Shown here: one piece after another, positions 27,236 to 41,507 of the stretch
How the letters are laid out: each line of letters opens with the position of its first letter
Position numbering within the stretch: the stretch's first letter is position 1
Assembly: GCA_002104945.1 (NCBI GenBank)
Contig: MCFH01000034.1
Location: forward strand, 434,001 to 498,000
Direction of reading: 5' to 3'
Length of the DNA stretch: 64,000 nucleotides
From: Piromyces finnis finn
Lineage: Eukaryota; Fungi; Neocallimastigomycota
The notes under the pieces: model-generated
Databases searched by the model: none
Seen by the model: only the letters and a program-made list of their open reading frames with translations
What the model was told of the DNA's origin: nothing
Program-made: the position numbers and the translations under genes

Positions 27236-27868
27236 TAGCTATTGTTACACTTTGTTTAAATAAAGCTTTATTTTTGTTAAAACAACTCTGATATATATAT
27301 ATATTTTAGAAATTTTTTTTATAAAATAATTACATTATAATTATTAGGTAAATACGGATTATTAAAAGACGTTTAAGACGGTTTTAAATGTTTCATTTTA
27401 AAGTTTATAATTTTAATTATTTAAGTTTAAAAAAAAATTTTTTTCATATTAATATATATAAAATTATTGATTTTTAATTTTGTTTTTTTTTTTTTTTTTT
27501 TTTTTAAATATTTAAAAAAAAAAAAAGAAATTGAATTTTAATAAAAAGAAAAAAAAAAAGTTTTTTTTTTATTTTTATTATAGAAAGAAATATTAATGAA
27601 GTAAAGAAATAATATTTAATAATAATAATAAATAAAAAAAAACATATATAAAAAGGATATAAAAACGAAAAAAAAAACAAAGAATAAATATAAAATAATA
27701 ATAGAATACTATATTTTTATTTTTATTTTATTTTTTTTTAAAAAAATTTTATTTATATATATATAACAATTATAGAAATTAAAAAAAAAAAAAAAAAGAT
27801 TTTATAAAGTTTTTCATACGTACTACAAAAATTCTTATGTTTAAAGATATAATATACATTTCAAATAA

Positions 27869-30800
27869 ATGACAATAATAAATAATAGAAAGCATAAAAA
27901 TAAAGTATCCAAGAAAAATCCACTATCTATTAATGAAAATAACAATAATGTTACTATAAATAATAATAATAATAATAATAATGAAAATACTAACATTACT
28001 ATTGGTACTCTAAGTACGGTTGAAATAAAAGATGATTTAAGTGATACCTACTCATTTAATGACTTTTTAGAAGAAAGTGATGTTGAAAATGATTCATTGA
28101 GTATAAATATTAAAAGATCTTTTACAAAGACATTTAGTACTAGTAAGCCAAAAAGTAATAAAAATGAAGATGCCAATGTTAATGAGGCTTACATACAACA
28201 AATTAATACAAAAGAACAATTTTCGAATGATTCTTTGAAAAAAAAGTTATTTGAGTTACCAAATATAAAGGTTCAACATCATAATAGTAATACTGATGAT
28301 TTATCTCTTTCTCAATTTAGTATTATTGGAGCTGTCATCAGATTTTTTGAATCTTATATTAAAAAACTTAAAGGATTTGATTTATTTATTTTATGGCTAG
28401 GGTTTATCTATTTAAATTCTATATTAGCTTTGGAGATAAAATTAGAATGGATAGTAATGTTAGTTTATTCTTATTATTACTACTTTAATTTATTTGAGTC
28501 GAATAAAAAACATTTTATCTTTTTGAAAATAACCCAACTATTTTTGAATGTTTTAATAACAAAGTTATTTTTTGAAAACGCTGTTTTCGTTTATACTCTA
28601 TGTAATGCTGTAATATATACTGTTATGGCTTTAAGTGCTTCTACAGGATTTGATATTGTATTAATCATTGTTATAATGTCATTATTGGTTATTCATGTTC
28701 ATATTATACCTGTAATAACAAAAGAAGGCTTTTTTGCCGCTGTAGAAATAATCTTTTTTGGCGTATTCCTTATCATTTATAAATTATTTATTGTAGTATT
28801 TGAATATAAAATAGAATATACATCCTTAGTAAATCAGAATAGAAATGAAGTTTTGAAGAAAAGTCAATGTCAATCATTCGGCTTTATTATAGATAATAAT
28901 ACTAATAATAATACTAATAATAATAACAACAACAACAACAACAATAATAATAGTAATAATAGTAATAGTAATAATAACAACAATAGCAGTAATAATAATA
29001 AAACGAATAATAATATAAATAATAACGTTCATTTTAACTTACTGAAAAGTTTTGCTAATGCTAACACCGTAACTTCAAACGATGATGAAAAAGAAAAATC
29101 AATAACCCAATATTTTATAAAAAAGAATAAAAACTATTTTGGAGAAGGAGGTGCAACAATATTTTTCAATTCATCAATCTTTGAGCATATGTCTCTTTTA
29201 AGTATATTTAAACTATTATATTATAAATATCAGGAAAAGAGACATTTACTAAATTCATCGCCAGCTATTAGTCGTTTTAGAAAACATTTAGCATCAAATG
29301 CTTCCTTTTTAAATTCTTCATTCAATTCTCAAACTAAAAATTATAATCATTCTAAATCAGATCGTGATAAGAAAAATTCTAATTTAACAAGAGAAGGCCA
29401 CCTAAAAAAATATGTCACTTGTGCATGTCAAAAAGAAATAGATAAACAGGATCGGTTTTATATTTCAGTATCTACAATTATGGATACACATGCTCTAGTG
29501 AATTGGATCTTACCCGAGTATATTAACAATAATTTGAAAACAATGATAAATAATACCAAACAATATATCATTCAACATTCCTCTTCATTTATTAATTCAT
29601 CTCAAAATCTTATCGATAACATTTCCTATCCAAGTCAAATTGATACCAGTACATTGCTTCCTATACCGCAATTGGTCATGGAAAATTTATCCAATGATAT
29701 GTCTTCAAAATCAAATAATAATAGCAATAGTAGTTTAAATAACTCATTTTCAAAAAATATACAAGTTGTTTTACAAAAAAAAGATTTTAGCGTTAAAATT
29801 AATGAACAATTTTGGGATTCTTATGCAATGTTTATCACAAATGAGGGTATGTTTGTTTCTATTATTTATGGATTAGATCCTAATACACCTTATAGAATAA
29901 AAGTATCATTAAATCAACATTGGTCAACTCCTGTAGATATTTATACAAAAGATAAATTAAGTAAGCCTATTTTTTTTTTTTTTTTATATTAATTTTGATA
30001 TCAAATTAGATATTAAGTTTTGATATTCATATAATTTTAAAGAAACGAAAATCTTTTTTTATTTTTCATTCCTTTATTAATATTTACCTATCTCTATCTA
30101 TCTATCTATCTATCCGTCTATCCCTCTATCTATTTTTTTCTTTTCTTTAAAATTAATAACTGTAAAAAAAAAAAAAAAAAAAGATGTTAATATACCCAGA
30201 TCTATCGATCAACCTTCTGTTAAAGAAAATATTGGTGAAAAAAATTCTTCTTCATTATTAGTAACTCTTGAACATAAAAAGAATTTGTATCATCATTTAC
30301 AATCCAATTTAGTGGAATTAATTGAAGAAAGAAAGAGTAATCAAATGGCATTAAAGAAACTAAAAAAGGAAACAATTAAAGCATTATCACAACTTAAATC
30401 CGAAATTGACTATACAAAACGTTTTATTATGAAGGATAAACAAAATAATATAAAGTCGATAAAGCGTATTCAATTTATTAAGGAATATATTAAGCAAACA
30501 GAACAATCATTGAATGAATTAGAACAAATGGGTACGACCATTTCTAATAATTGTGAAGATGCCGAAAAAGAATATAGCCTTCAGTTAGAACAATTAATGA
30601 AACAAAAAAGTAACTTTTCTAAAGAGATTGAAGTTAAACGAAAAAAGATGAGCATGCGTAAAATGGAAATTGAAGAATATAAAAAGGATTTAGATATTAT
30701 CAAGCAAGTCAATCATAACATTGAAACTGTTGAATTAGAAAAGATAAAAAAATTAATTCATCAACTTAAATTTAATGATATACCACGTCTTGATCAAGAT

Positions 30801-31022
30801 ATTAATAATTTTAAGAAGACGAATAATAATTACGAAGATAAAGGTAGAAATATAATTGATACGCATGAAAGTCATATTCAAGACAAGTTGGATAAAATAT
30901 CTGAATTTAAAAATGATATTTTAGAATTAGAAAGTCAGAATAATGTTTTAATGGTCACTATTTCACAGGAACAAAAGTTTAAAGAGGAACTTAAAGATGA
31001 ATTAAAGAATTATAAGAAATAG
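27869..31022 (+). CDS. Multi-pass membrane protein with Asn-rich linker, FN3-like segment and C-terminal coiled coil (possibly macoilin-like)
   Basis: The 707-aa ORF is spliced at a GTAAGC donor (about 29961) to an AG at about 30183, in frame with ORF 30285-31022. It has hydrophobic helices at about 28370-28810, IIYGLDPNTPYRIKVSLN (FN3-like) and a heptad-rich K/E tail. Confidence 0.75.
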
Positions 31023-31135
31023 ATAATATCATTAATTATATCCTATAAGTATATATATATATATTATATATATATATAAATAAAACTATATAAATTATAA
31101 TTCAATTAAAGATAACAAGGAGAATAATAATAATT

Positions 31136-31167
<32 letters not shown>

Positions 31168-31842
31168 AGTGTATACCTAATTTATATATAAATTTTTAAA
31201 AAATAAAAAAAAAAAATAATAATAAAAATAAATTTAAAAGTAAAAAAAAAAAAAAAAGAAAGAAAAAAACAAAGATTAAAATAAAGCTTAAATTAATAAA
31301 ATACATAAAAAAAAAAATATTTGGGTATATATATCCTCTTTTTACTTTTTTTATTTTATTGATAATTTTTCTTTTCTTTTTTTTTTTTTTTTTAACATTT
31401 ATTATAAATTTCCTCGTCATTTTTAGAATAAGTATTTTATTATTAGTACATGGAATTACATTAAATTTTAATTGTGTTTCTAATTAGAAAAAAGTAATTG
31501 TATTTTTTAGTAATATTACCATTAAATTAAGCATATATTCTGATTGAAAATTAATAAATTTTATTTTGTAAATTACGAGATATATATATAATTACTTTAG
31601 TTTATTATTATTATTTTGATAATTAAATATTATTACTGATCTATTAACATTTTTTTTTTTTTATAAAATAATAAATTTAAATAGTAATTTTTTTGTAATT
31701 ATTTGAAATTCACATTATTTTATCAAGATTATTTACATTATTATATAGAAATTTATTTTTTAAATGAGTGCTTTTTTTTTTTTTTTTTTAAATATTTTTT
31801 ATGTTTTAATTGAGTAGTTAAATGAAATATTTAATTTATATA

Positions 31843-32274
31843 TTAATGTACATTATTAGTCATATTTAATGCTAATCTTTCAGTTCCATTTTCTATAAGC
31901 CAGACAACTATTATTGAAATAGTAACTGCTATTATGAAACTTTTCATCATAAATTTCACAGATTTATAAACCCATGAAAAGGTTGTTTGAATTATTTTTA
32001 TAACCATTATGGTAATACAGATAATGAGAATAATTTTTGGCCATGGTAAAACATTAAATAAATTTTTAGATTCCATATGAACTTTATATAATAATGTATT
32101 GGAATTTCCATGAGTTGCCATATAGGTATTAACCCTTTCTGCTATTTTATCCATTACTGTGGAGGTAATGTCTATAAATTTTGATAGAATATTATAGGAA
32201 TGAATCATAATAGGTGAATTTATAATTTTTTGTAATGACGTTGCAATATCACTCAAATTATTAAAATTATCCAT
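31843..32274 (-). CDS. Small two-helix membrane protein, possibly Apq12-like (nuclear pore biogenesis)
   Basis: Single-exon ORF; first ATG at 32274 (the track start is TTG). C-terminal pair of hydrophobic helices KIILIICITIMVIKII...SWVYKSVKFMMKSFIIAVTISIIVVWLIENG resembles the Apq12 pattern from memory. The family call is tentative. Confidence 0.55.
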   Translation of the reverse strand: MDNFNNLSDIATSLQKIINSPIMIHSYNILSKFIDITSTVMDKIAERVNTYMATHGNSNTLLYKVHMESKNLFNVLPWPKIILIICITIMVIKIIQTTFSWVYKSVKFMMKSFIIAVTISIIVVWLIENGTERLALNMTNNVH

Positions 32275-32979
32275 TGTTTTAAACAAAAAAATATATATTA
32301 TAAAGTATGAATCGAGTTTTTTTTTTTTTTTAATATTTTAATTTCAATAGTAATAATGTTTTATTCAAAATTTCTGATAAAAAAAGTCATTAACTTTTAC
32401 CATCTTTTTTATTTTTATTTTTTAAAAAAGATATTTAAAAGTATAAACTTTATTATATAATAAAATTTAATTTTTTTTTTTTTTTTAATTTATTTATATT
32501 AAGAAAAAAATATCTCATTTTCTATGACAAAAAAGATTTATCATCCACTTTTATTTATATATATATATAAAGAAAACATTAAGGATGAATATTTTATAAA
32601 AAGGGTAAAGATTAAAAATATACAATGATACAAACATATAGAATACTTTTTTTTTTTTTATGTTTAAATAGGATATTTTTATCTTTTATTTTCTTTTACT
32701 TTTTTTTTTTTTTTTTATTATTCTATAGTATCATACATACTATTAATTTTTTTTTTTTAATTTTTTAAATTATAATAATAATAATTATTATTGTTATTTC
32801 TATATTGAATTAAATTACTTTTTTTTTTTTTTTTCTGATTAATTACATTTATAAATTTCTAAAATTTGTTTAAATATTTTCAAAAGTGTATACTATTTTA
32901 ATATAATAATAATACCATTTTAGTTTATTTAAAAAAATGGTGAAAAAAAATATTTACTTTAAATTTTTGTATAAACAAT

Positions 32980-35566
32980 CTAATATTTCTTATAAATGCC
33001 TCTTCTCTTTTCTTCTTCTCTAATTTCAAACATAATTTGTGTACCAACCATAAGACAAAATAGCATGAAAATCCAATATAATATATCTATAATATAATTT
33101 ACATACATTATTTATAAATACATATAAATTTTAATCAACAGATATTAATTTATATAATTTATATATATTTAATGTTTTATTATTATTATCATTATTATAT
33201 ATATATATTATAATAAAATAGGGTAATTATTGATCCTTTGTACTTACGTCTAATTCCAAATATTTCACCAAAGATTTCGGTTGCACCGTCTAATCCAATG
33301 ACATAACCAACCATATTGGCACCAATCATTAAAATAATATTTAGGGCAGCAGCAAACGATTTAAGGTAACGGTAATAACTTAAATGATTTATCTGTTGGT
33401 AAAATTAAAAAAAAAAAAAAGTTATAATAAAAATTATATTAATATTTTCTTAAAAATAGACTTTTATTATTTTTAGGTCGTATATATTATAAATGTCTTC
33501 TTTCCCTTTATTTTACTTACTTTTTTGGAAATGAAATTGGTACAAACAGTTTCTGGAATTAAGAAAAGAATAATTAACCAACTCCATTCTAATAATTTTA
33601 AAGAGATATCATGCCATATAGCTACAAAGGAAAAGACAACAGCATTATTAAGAATTGGACTCTTATTACCACCAAGTGGAATGTAAATGTATCTTTTTAA
33701 TTATAATTTTTTATCGCATAATTTATTATATATTATAGTAATATTAAAAAAAAAAAAAAAAAATTATTATTAAAAATTATAAATACATATTATTATAGAG
33801 TAATCATTAGTAGAAACGAATGAAATTATACCTAATATTCCATTTATTGTAGGATGTATGCCATGCTCTCCAGAAACCAGCCATGGAATAGTTATTTGTC
33901 ATACATCTATTCATATTTTCAACAGTATCAATGTTATCACAAAGACCCCATAATCTAAAGAATCTCCAAATAATAAGTAACTATACACAAAAATTGGTAT
34001 TATTTAAATATGTATTTACAATTAATTCTATCAATACAATATACCTTTCAACTATTTTAATTATGATACAATAATAGTAAAATATAAATTACCTTTAACC
34101 AAACATTGATTAATGACCAATAAGCAAGCATACAATAATCAAATGGTGAAAAATTTTCATATGCTCTTTTTCTTATAATAGCATTGACATAAATGAAGTG
34201 AAGAGTCCATTCAAATAATAACACAACGGCAACAAAACGGATAGCATAAATGACAGTCTTCTTAATTGATAATGAAGTTTTGTGATTAATCTATTTTGTG
34301 AAGATATAATAAATGATAATTAATTAAATTTTTTTTAATCATTAGTTTTTTTTTTTTTAATAAATGCAATCATACTTGATAGATAAAGTCATTGAAAGTA
34401 ATAATTGGACCGGCAAGGAAAAGAGGAACATATAAAATATAGATTAAATAGTTTAAAAAGTTGTAGTCTTTTTCTAATAATGAATCTTTTACACGTGCTC
34501 TATAATCTTTTGAACCATCATCTTCAACAATTTTTGATTCAATATCCTTAAGTTTTTAAATATATATGTATTTTATTTATTATTGAGTTGGGATTCCAAA
34601 ATAAAATTAAAACATAATACTATTTATTAATACAATTCTTTAATTACCTTTGATTCTTCTTTATTTTTTAAACACCAATAATAATCCATATTAAATGAAA
34701 TTGAACGAAGAACACAATAGTTATAATTAATATCCCATCTTGGCATAAGACCTTTAAATTTGTCCTGATTTTTTTGAAGTTGATTATTATATATTATAAG
34801 TTAGGGGTAGTGATAAAAAATAAAGTGTCAGATATTACATGATGGTACTTTTTGTTATTTATTAAAAAGAAAATTGATTTTTAAATTTCTTACTAAGAAA
34901 GATAAAGCAGACCAAATAGATCCAAAATTATAGCCTTTGTAATAATCATTCAAGAATAAAAGTGAAATATTAAGAACCCAAGTTAAAATTGGGTTTAATT
35001 TAGTTTTTCCAAAACGTTTTGCAATGAAATAGTTTACTGATAAAAGGAATAAAATTTTTATTAAACTAGTTCCGTAGAGAACACCAAGGAAAATACTTGA
35101 GAATACAAGAGAATAAATTTTTCTGTATTGTACACTTTTTGCCTTTGATGGTATTGCTTGAATAATTCTACTAATTGTAACATGTGTAATTAAAACAATA
35201 AGTAAGACAAAAGCAAAACTTCTAAATGTTCTAGTTTGAGCATCACTAACATCCTTTTTTTTTTTTTTTATCATAAATATATGAATAATATGTCAATGAT
35301 ATTTGAATAATATTTATTTAATATGTAATTTAAGATTAATTTAATAATTTCTAAATAATTGAAAATATTATACACAACATTAGTTTAAAAACATACAGCT
35401 TTTCTACCAAACATCCAACCTTCACTTAAAAGATTTTCATATTTTGAGTAATTAACATTTTTTGCTATGATGTTATTTATATAAAAGACAATCTATTAAT
35501 GAATTGTATTATTAATTAAATAAAAAAAAAAAAAATGTAATAGTAGCAATTGTTATAAAATTTATA

Positions 35567-35640
<74 letters not shown>

Positions 35641-35929
35641 GATATAATGAATATGGATATATTCATAATAATATAAAAATTTATGATATAAATAGTGTAT
35701 AGATATAGAAATTAATATATTAATTATTGAGGTATAATATTGTTAATTAATATTTACGTGAACTAAATTTTACTGGTCCTCTAATCATTAAAGGAATGCA
35801 AATAATAAAGAGTACATAGTAAAAATAAAATTCTGGAGTTTTCCATCTTGAAGGATTTATTTTAATTTTTTTTGTTTGTTCTGAGGAATTCATCCTTTCA
35901 AGAGGGATATATTCTACATTTCCTGACAT
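32980..35929 (-). CDS. GUP1: MBOAT-family O-acyltransferase Gup1 (HHAT-like)
   Basis: [95 protein letters not shown], catalytic AIWHD; stop TAG at 32980-32982. Confidence 0.92.
35567..35640. repeat. (TAT)n microsatellite in GUP1 intron 1
   Basis: Visible trinucleotide run. Confidence 0.9.
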
Positions 35930-36557
35930 TTTTTGTATTTAAAGTATATTAAAACTTTATTTTTTTTTATATTTATTGAGGTTTTTTTTCTTAGTTATTC
36001 ATATATTTCCTTTTTTATTCTTACTATTAAAATGATACATTATATATAATATTAATATAACCGGCCGGTAAAGTGGTATTGTGTTGTAAGGCGGTAATGG
36101 TGGAATGTTTATGAATATATTAATTAATTAAAATAAGTATTTTTTATAATACATATAATATTATTAAAAAAAGTATTACAAAGAGAATACCAAGTTATCT
36201 TCTTACTTTTTTCTTTAAATTTATTGTTTATTTTCTTTGTTTTTTTTTTTTTTTATTCTTTTCTTTTCAATATTATAATTTTAGTTTTTTATTATTATTA
36301 TTTAATTACAAAAAAACAACAAAAAAGTCTTTTCGTTGTTTTTTTAATTTATCTTTTAATAAATTTGTGTGTTGGAGAATTTAAATATTATTATATTCTA
36401 ATATATTTATAGAATATATTAAAATAAATCATTCATTGTTACACACCAATCATCTGTTGTATTTCAATTTAAAAATTTTCTTTAAAATTTAATTTTGAAA
36501 TTTTTTCAACTTTTTTATATCGACGCAAAAAAAAAAAAAAATAAAGAGGAAAATAAA

Positions 36558-37132
36558 ATGGTACAAGGAGCTTTAAAACAAAAATCTAGCAAAAGTAAAG
36601 CTATAAAAAAAGTTGTTCCAAAAAGAGGTATTATATATAACTTTTAAAGCTTGAAAAATATTTATTATATATTGGCATTTTTATAATTATTTATTGACTT
36701 TTTTTTTTTTTTACCTTTAAAAGGTGTAAGAATTGCTCCAAAAAAGAAGACTTTAATAAAGCAAACTAAATTAAAGAGGGTATATATATTATAAATTTAA
36801 TTTTGAGTGAATATATATAAAATCCAATTACATAACAACAACAACAACAACAATAATGAAATATTATATAATATAATTTTATAATTATCAATATTATAAT
36901 TATTAATATAATAATAATAATAATAAAATATAATTGTATAATTTTCAATACTGTAATAATTAAAAAAAAAAAAAAAACAATATATATAATTAAATAGAAA
37001 CTTGCCGCAAATAGTACTTCTTCTATTGAAAAGAATATGGCAGCAAAGGCAGCAGCTGTTGGTAAACTTACTATTATGAAACCAAAGAAAAATGAAAATG
37101 AAGAAGCTAAAACCTCAGGAAAAAGATCATAA
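36558..37132 (+). CDS. Small basic UPF0390/DUF2462-family protein (C19orf53-like), 3 exons, absent from the ORF track
   Basis: Spliced translation MVQGALKQKSSKSKAIKKVVPKR/GVRIAPKKKTLIKQTKLKR/KLAANSTSSIEKNMAAKAAAVGKLTIMKPKK...KRS*, with two GT-AG introns. Confidence 0.8.
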
Positions 37133-38703
37133 ATTCAAAATGTAATTATAAATTTAAAATATATAAATAGTTTTCGGAAGAAAGATTCTATCACACATAA
37201 ATATATATAAAAGGCTGGTTTAATTTATTAAGACATGGAAAATGATTTAACTGGATTATTAATTTTAAAAAATAAAATATTGGATAAATGGAGAAAATAT
37301 TTCGGATGTTTTATATAGAAAGGAAGCATTTCAAAAATAGTTTTTATAAAAATAAATATATAATGATAAAATATATATAGTTCCTTATATATATTCGTAA
37401 TAATCGAATCTGTCCTATATACATTGACCGAATAAATAATTAATAATTCACCATGAGTATTATTGATATTCATCATTTTAATAAAATCATTTAAAAAAAA
37501 TAATAAAATTAATATTTGAATTTGAAATTATGAATATAATATAAAACTTTATGGAACTTTAATAGCTAATCTAATACATATTAAATATGTATATATTTTA
37601 TAATATATATATATTTATTTTAAAAATAAAATATATAAATCAATACTTTAAAAAAAATTATAAATATAATTATTATTTTACATTTTCAAGCTATTTCATT
37701 TTCCACTTTGCTTTTATATATATTATGAATATATCAATATTTTATTATAAGTTAAATACTAACATATTAATTCATCTTATTTAATATATACATATATATA
37801 TATAACAGTTATCTCACATTAAATTTATTATGTAAATAGAAGAGATTAAAAAATGATTATATATTTTTTAAAAGAAAAGAAAATATTTAATATCAGTTAT
37901 ATATAGAGCCAATTTTATGGAATTAAAATTAACTATCTATACTACTACTACTACAACAACAACAAAAAAAAAAAAAATAGAAGACATATATTTTTATTAT
38001 TTTTTTTTATTATTAAAATATTTATATTATTTATCAGTTTTTTTTTTATATATAAAATTTATTTTGAAGTTGTCATTTTATTATTAATAAAATACAAACG
38101 AATAAATAAAAAAGTATTATTATAAATAATCGAAAATTATCTTTAAATTTATATTATTAAAGTGCCATATAATTTAGAGTGTTTTTCAAAATGTGTCATT
38201 GAAGAAGGATGGTGTAGATGATGTATTATTATAAAAATCCGATAAATTTTGATATATATGCTTTTAAGTTTTCATGTATATATTCTTTGTAATTTTCATA
38301 GATTTAAATGTTTTAGGCTAAAGAAAAGAATCAGAGTTCTTTTAAAATGATTAAAAATTTTAAGTTTAAAAAATTAATATACATTTAATTAAATTATTTA
38401 TTATCCATTCTCTTTTATAAAAAAATTTTTTTTTTCTTTTCAAAAAAAAAAAAAGTCATAATAAAATAAATTAAAAAAAAAAAAAAATAAAATAAAACAA
38501 ACAAACAAACAAACAAACAATAATAACAATAATAATAATAAAAAGTATATATATTTAATATTAGTAACAATTATAATAATAATAATAATAATAAATTATT
38601 TTTGAATTTCATTATTAATGAAATTATATGTTAATTTTTACTTTTATCATTCTGATAGTAAATAAATAATAAATAATAAAAATAAACAATACATTTAAAA
38701 AAA

Positions 38704-40045
38704 ATGGAAAGTACAGATAAAAAATCTGAAACAGTACAAAAAAGTCCACAAGATTTCAAGGCAAAAGCATTAGCCTTTAAAAAAGCTTTCGTTAAATACT
38801 GTTATGAAAATAGAATTTTAGACGGTTCATTTACAGAACAAAATGTTGCTCTTATTTCCTATGCTTTAGGTATTGTTGGAGGTATTAGTTTTATTTTCAC
38901 ATTTAATAAAAAATATGGAAACTTTTTCGCTTTTGTTTTTTGGTTAGCTTTATACCATAATATGGAATTTGTTTCAACTGCTACTTTTAAAAGAGAAGTC
39001 TGTTCAATTGATTGTATGTAAAGTTAAAAATATATATATATATATATATTATTGTATTATTATTATTATTATGTAAAAAGCGTATATTCACCATTATTAT
39101 CATTATTACTTTTTTTATTTATAATATATATTTTTAGCCTATTTACTTAATCATAGTGATGCTTATCATTTAGCTATGGCTACTGGTATGATTGAATACT
39201 GGATAGAAAGACTTGTTTTTAAGAATGCTTCTTGGAAGGGTTTCAATATTTTTTCATTTATTGGTAAATATATACATATAAATATATATATTTATATATA
39301 TTCGTATTATCTTTTATTATTTAGAAAAAAAAATAGTTAATGGAAGGAAATGAGTATGAATTAATTTAATATTTTAATTTATTCATATTATATTATAGGA
39401 TTATTATTAGTCATTGCTGGTCAATATACAAGAACTGCTGGTATGTTTACTTGTAAATCTAATTTTTCACATGTTATTGAAGAAGAAAAACGTCCACAAC
39501 ATGTTTTAGTAAAGAATGGAATTTACAAGTAAGTAATAGTATATCTCCTCTTTTTTATTATATTCATACGATTTGGACTATACCTATTATAAGAAAGAAA
39601 GAAAAAAAAAATTATAAAACGACAACAAAATCAACAACAATAACAATAACAATATTAAAACATTATAAAAATATAAAATATAATAATAGATATTTAAGAC
39701 ATCCAGCATACACTGGTTTCTTCTACTGGGGTATTGGTACTCAATTATTATTAATGAACCCAATTTCAGTCATAGGTTACGCCGTTGTTCTTCACAAATT
39801 CTTCAAAGACAGAATAGCATATCCTTTTTTAGATAGATTTAAATATATAGAGTTTATGATGAATAATTATATAATTTTTTATTTTAAAAATTTTTATATA
39901 ACCTTAACTATATATATATATATTTATTTTTTTTTTTTTTGTTATGGAAAATACTTATGAGGAAAATACTCTTGTTGATTTCTTTGGTGACGAATATATC
40001 GAATATAGAAAAACAGCCAAGGTTTATATACCAGGAATTAATTAA
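38704..40045 (+). CDS. STE14: Protein-S-isoprenylcysteine O-methyltransferase (ICMT), 5 exons
   Basis: YHNMEF, SYLLNHS, SNFSHVIEEEKRPQHVLVKNGIYKYLRHPAYTGFFYWGIGTQLLLMNP, and RIAYEENTLVDFFGDEYIEY...VYIPGI. The last junction requires an AT-AC intron. Confidence 0.93.
39819..39954 (+). other. U12-type (minor spliceosome) AT-AC intron, 136 nt
   Basis: 5' end ATATCCTTTT, branch-site CCTTAAC at 39902-39908, 3' end AC at 39953-39954. Removal gives AGA ATA GC|T TAT GAG GAA, the conserved ICMT RIxxEExxL motif. Confidence 0.9.
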
Positions 40046-40686
40046 AATAAAATATCATTTATTATGTTAAAGTTTTAATGGTAAATGTAATAACCATTTA
40101 CTTTATCAGTTTTATAAATGATTCAATAACAAATTAAATTTTACATTAGAAAATAAAAACAAAAAAGAATAAAGTAATAAAATAAAAATAAAAAAAATAA
40201 TAATAGTAGAAACACATATAATACATATAATCATTATATTTAAAAACTAATTCAAATTAAAATAAATAAAATAATATATATTTAAATAATACAAAAATTT
40301 AAGATACACTTTATACTATATTTTATTTTCGAAATATCTATTGCGATTATTTGAAAAAGTATTGTTCATTTATTAAGTAATAAGTGATGAGAATTAATGA
40401 TGTATATACATTTTATTATATATTCTATTGTTTGAATAAAAAACTTTTTTTTTTTATCATAAATTATTGAATTAATTAAAATTGTATATATAATATTAGT
40501 TTTTCAAAAATATGAATATATATAATTTATTAAATTATAATTTAAATAGATATAGTCTTTGAAATAATATTTAAAATTTCTTATATTCCATTTTGGAATA
40601 TTAATAAAAACATGATTTTTTTTTTTTTTTAATTGAAATAGTAGGAATTCAATTTGATTCGCTTTGATATAAAAAAATTAATAAAT

Positions 40687-41476
40687 TTATTTTTGAGCTC
40701 CATTGGCATATGGATTTAAAGGATTTGGAATATTATAATTTGTAGGTTGAACTACGGGTCTATCAGTTTTAAATAAGAATTGTAATGAATATTGTTTTGA
40801 ATCAGTATCCCAATGTGTCCAGAATTTACCTTCTAATTTATCAATTTCTTTACTTTGAACTTTAAATGCAATAGTTTCGTATGGTTCTGCTGCGAATAAT
40901 AAATATTGATGTTGTTTATTTGGTGCTTCAATATGTTGTTCATATGCTGACATAAAACGATAACGTGGTATTACATTTTCTGCAATTTCAGGATATTGAA
41001 TTTGGAAAAGAAGACCTAATTGTTTTGTAATTTGATCTCTTACTTTGGTTACTTTGTAACCTGGTCTACCAATTTTAACTGCAATCTTTTTAATTTGAAC
41101 TTTATTAGCAAGACTATTTTGAAGAGGTAAATTTTGATTTTGACTATTTTCTTGAGCATCTCTTGCTGCACGTCTAGCTAAATTAGTTTGATGCTTTTTA
41201 CCTTGAGTGTGAGCTAAATAACTACCTTCATTATTGTGAAGAGTTAAACAAAGTTTACATTCATAAGAACCTAAATGATTTTTCATAAACTATTATCATT
41301 ATTTTAATTTATTTATTTATTGTTATTGGTATTTTTTTTTAAGAGATGGTTTAATAAATGAATTGTAAATTGATTTCGAAATTTCATATTTATGTTTTTT
41401 ATCATATAAATATATATTCATGTATATTTAATAATTATATATAAATTATATTTAGATATTGATATTTGATATTTAA

Positions 41477-41507
<31 letters not shown>

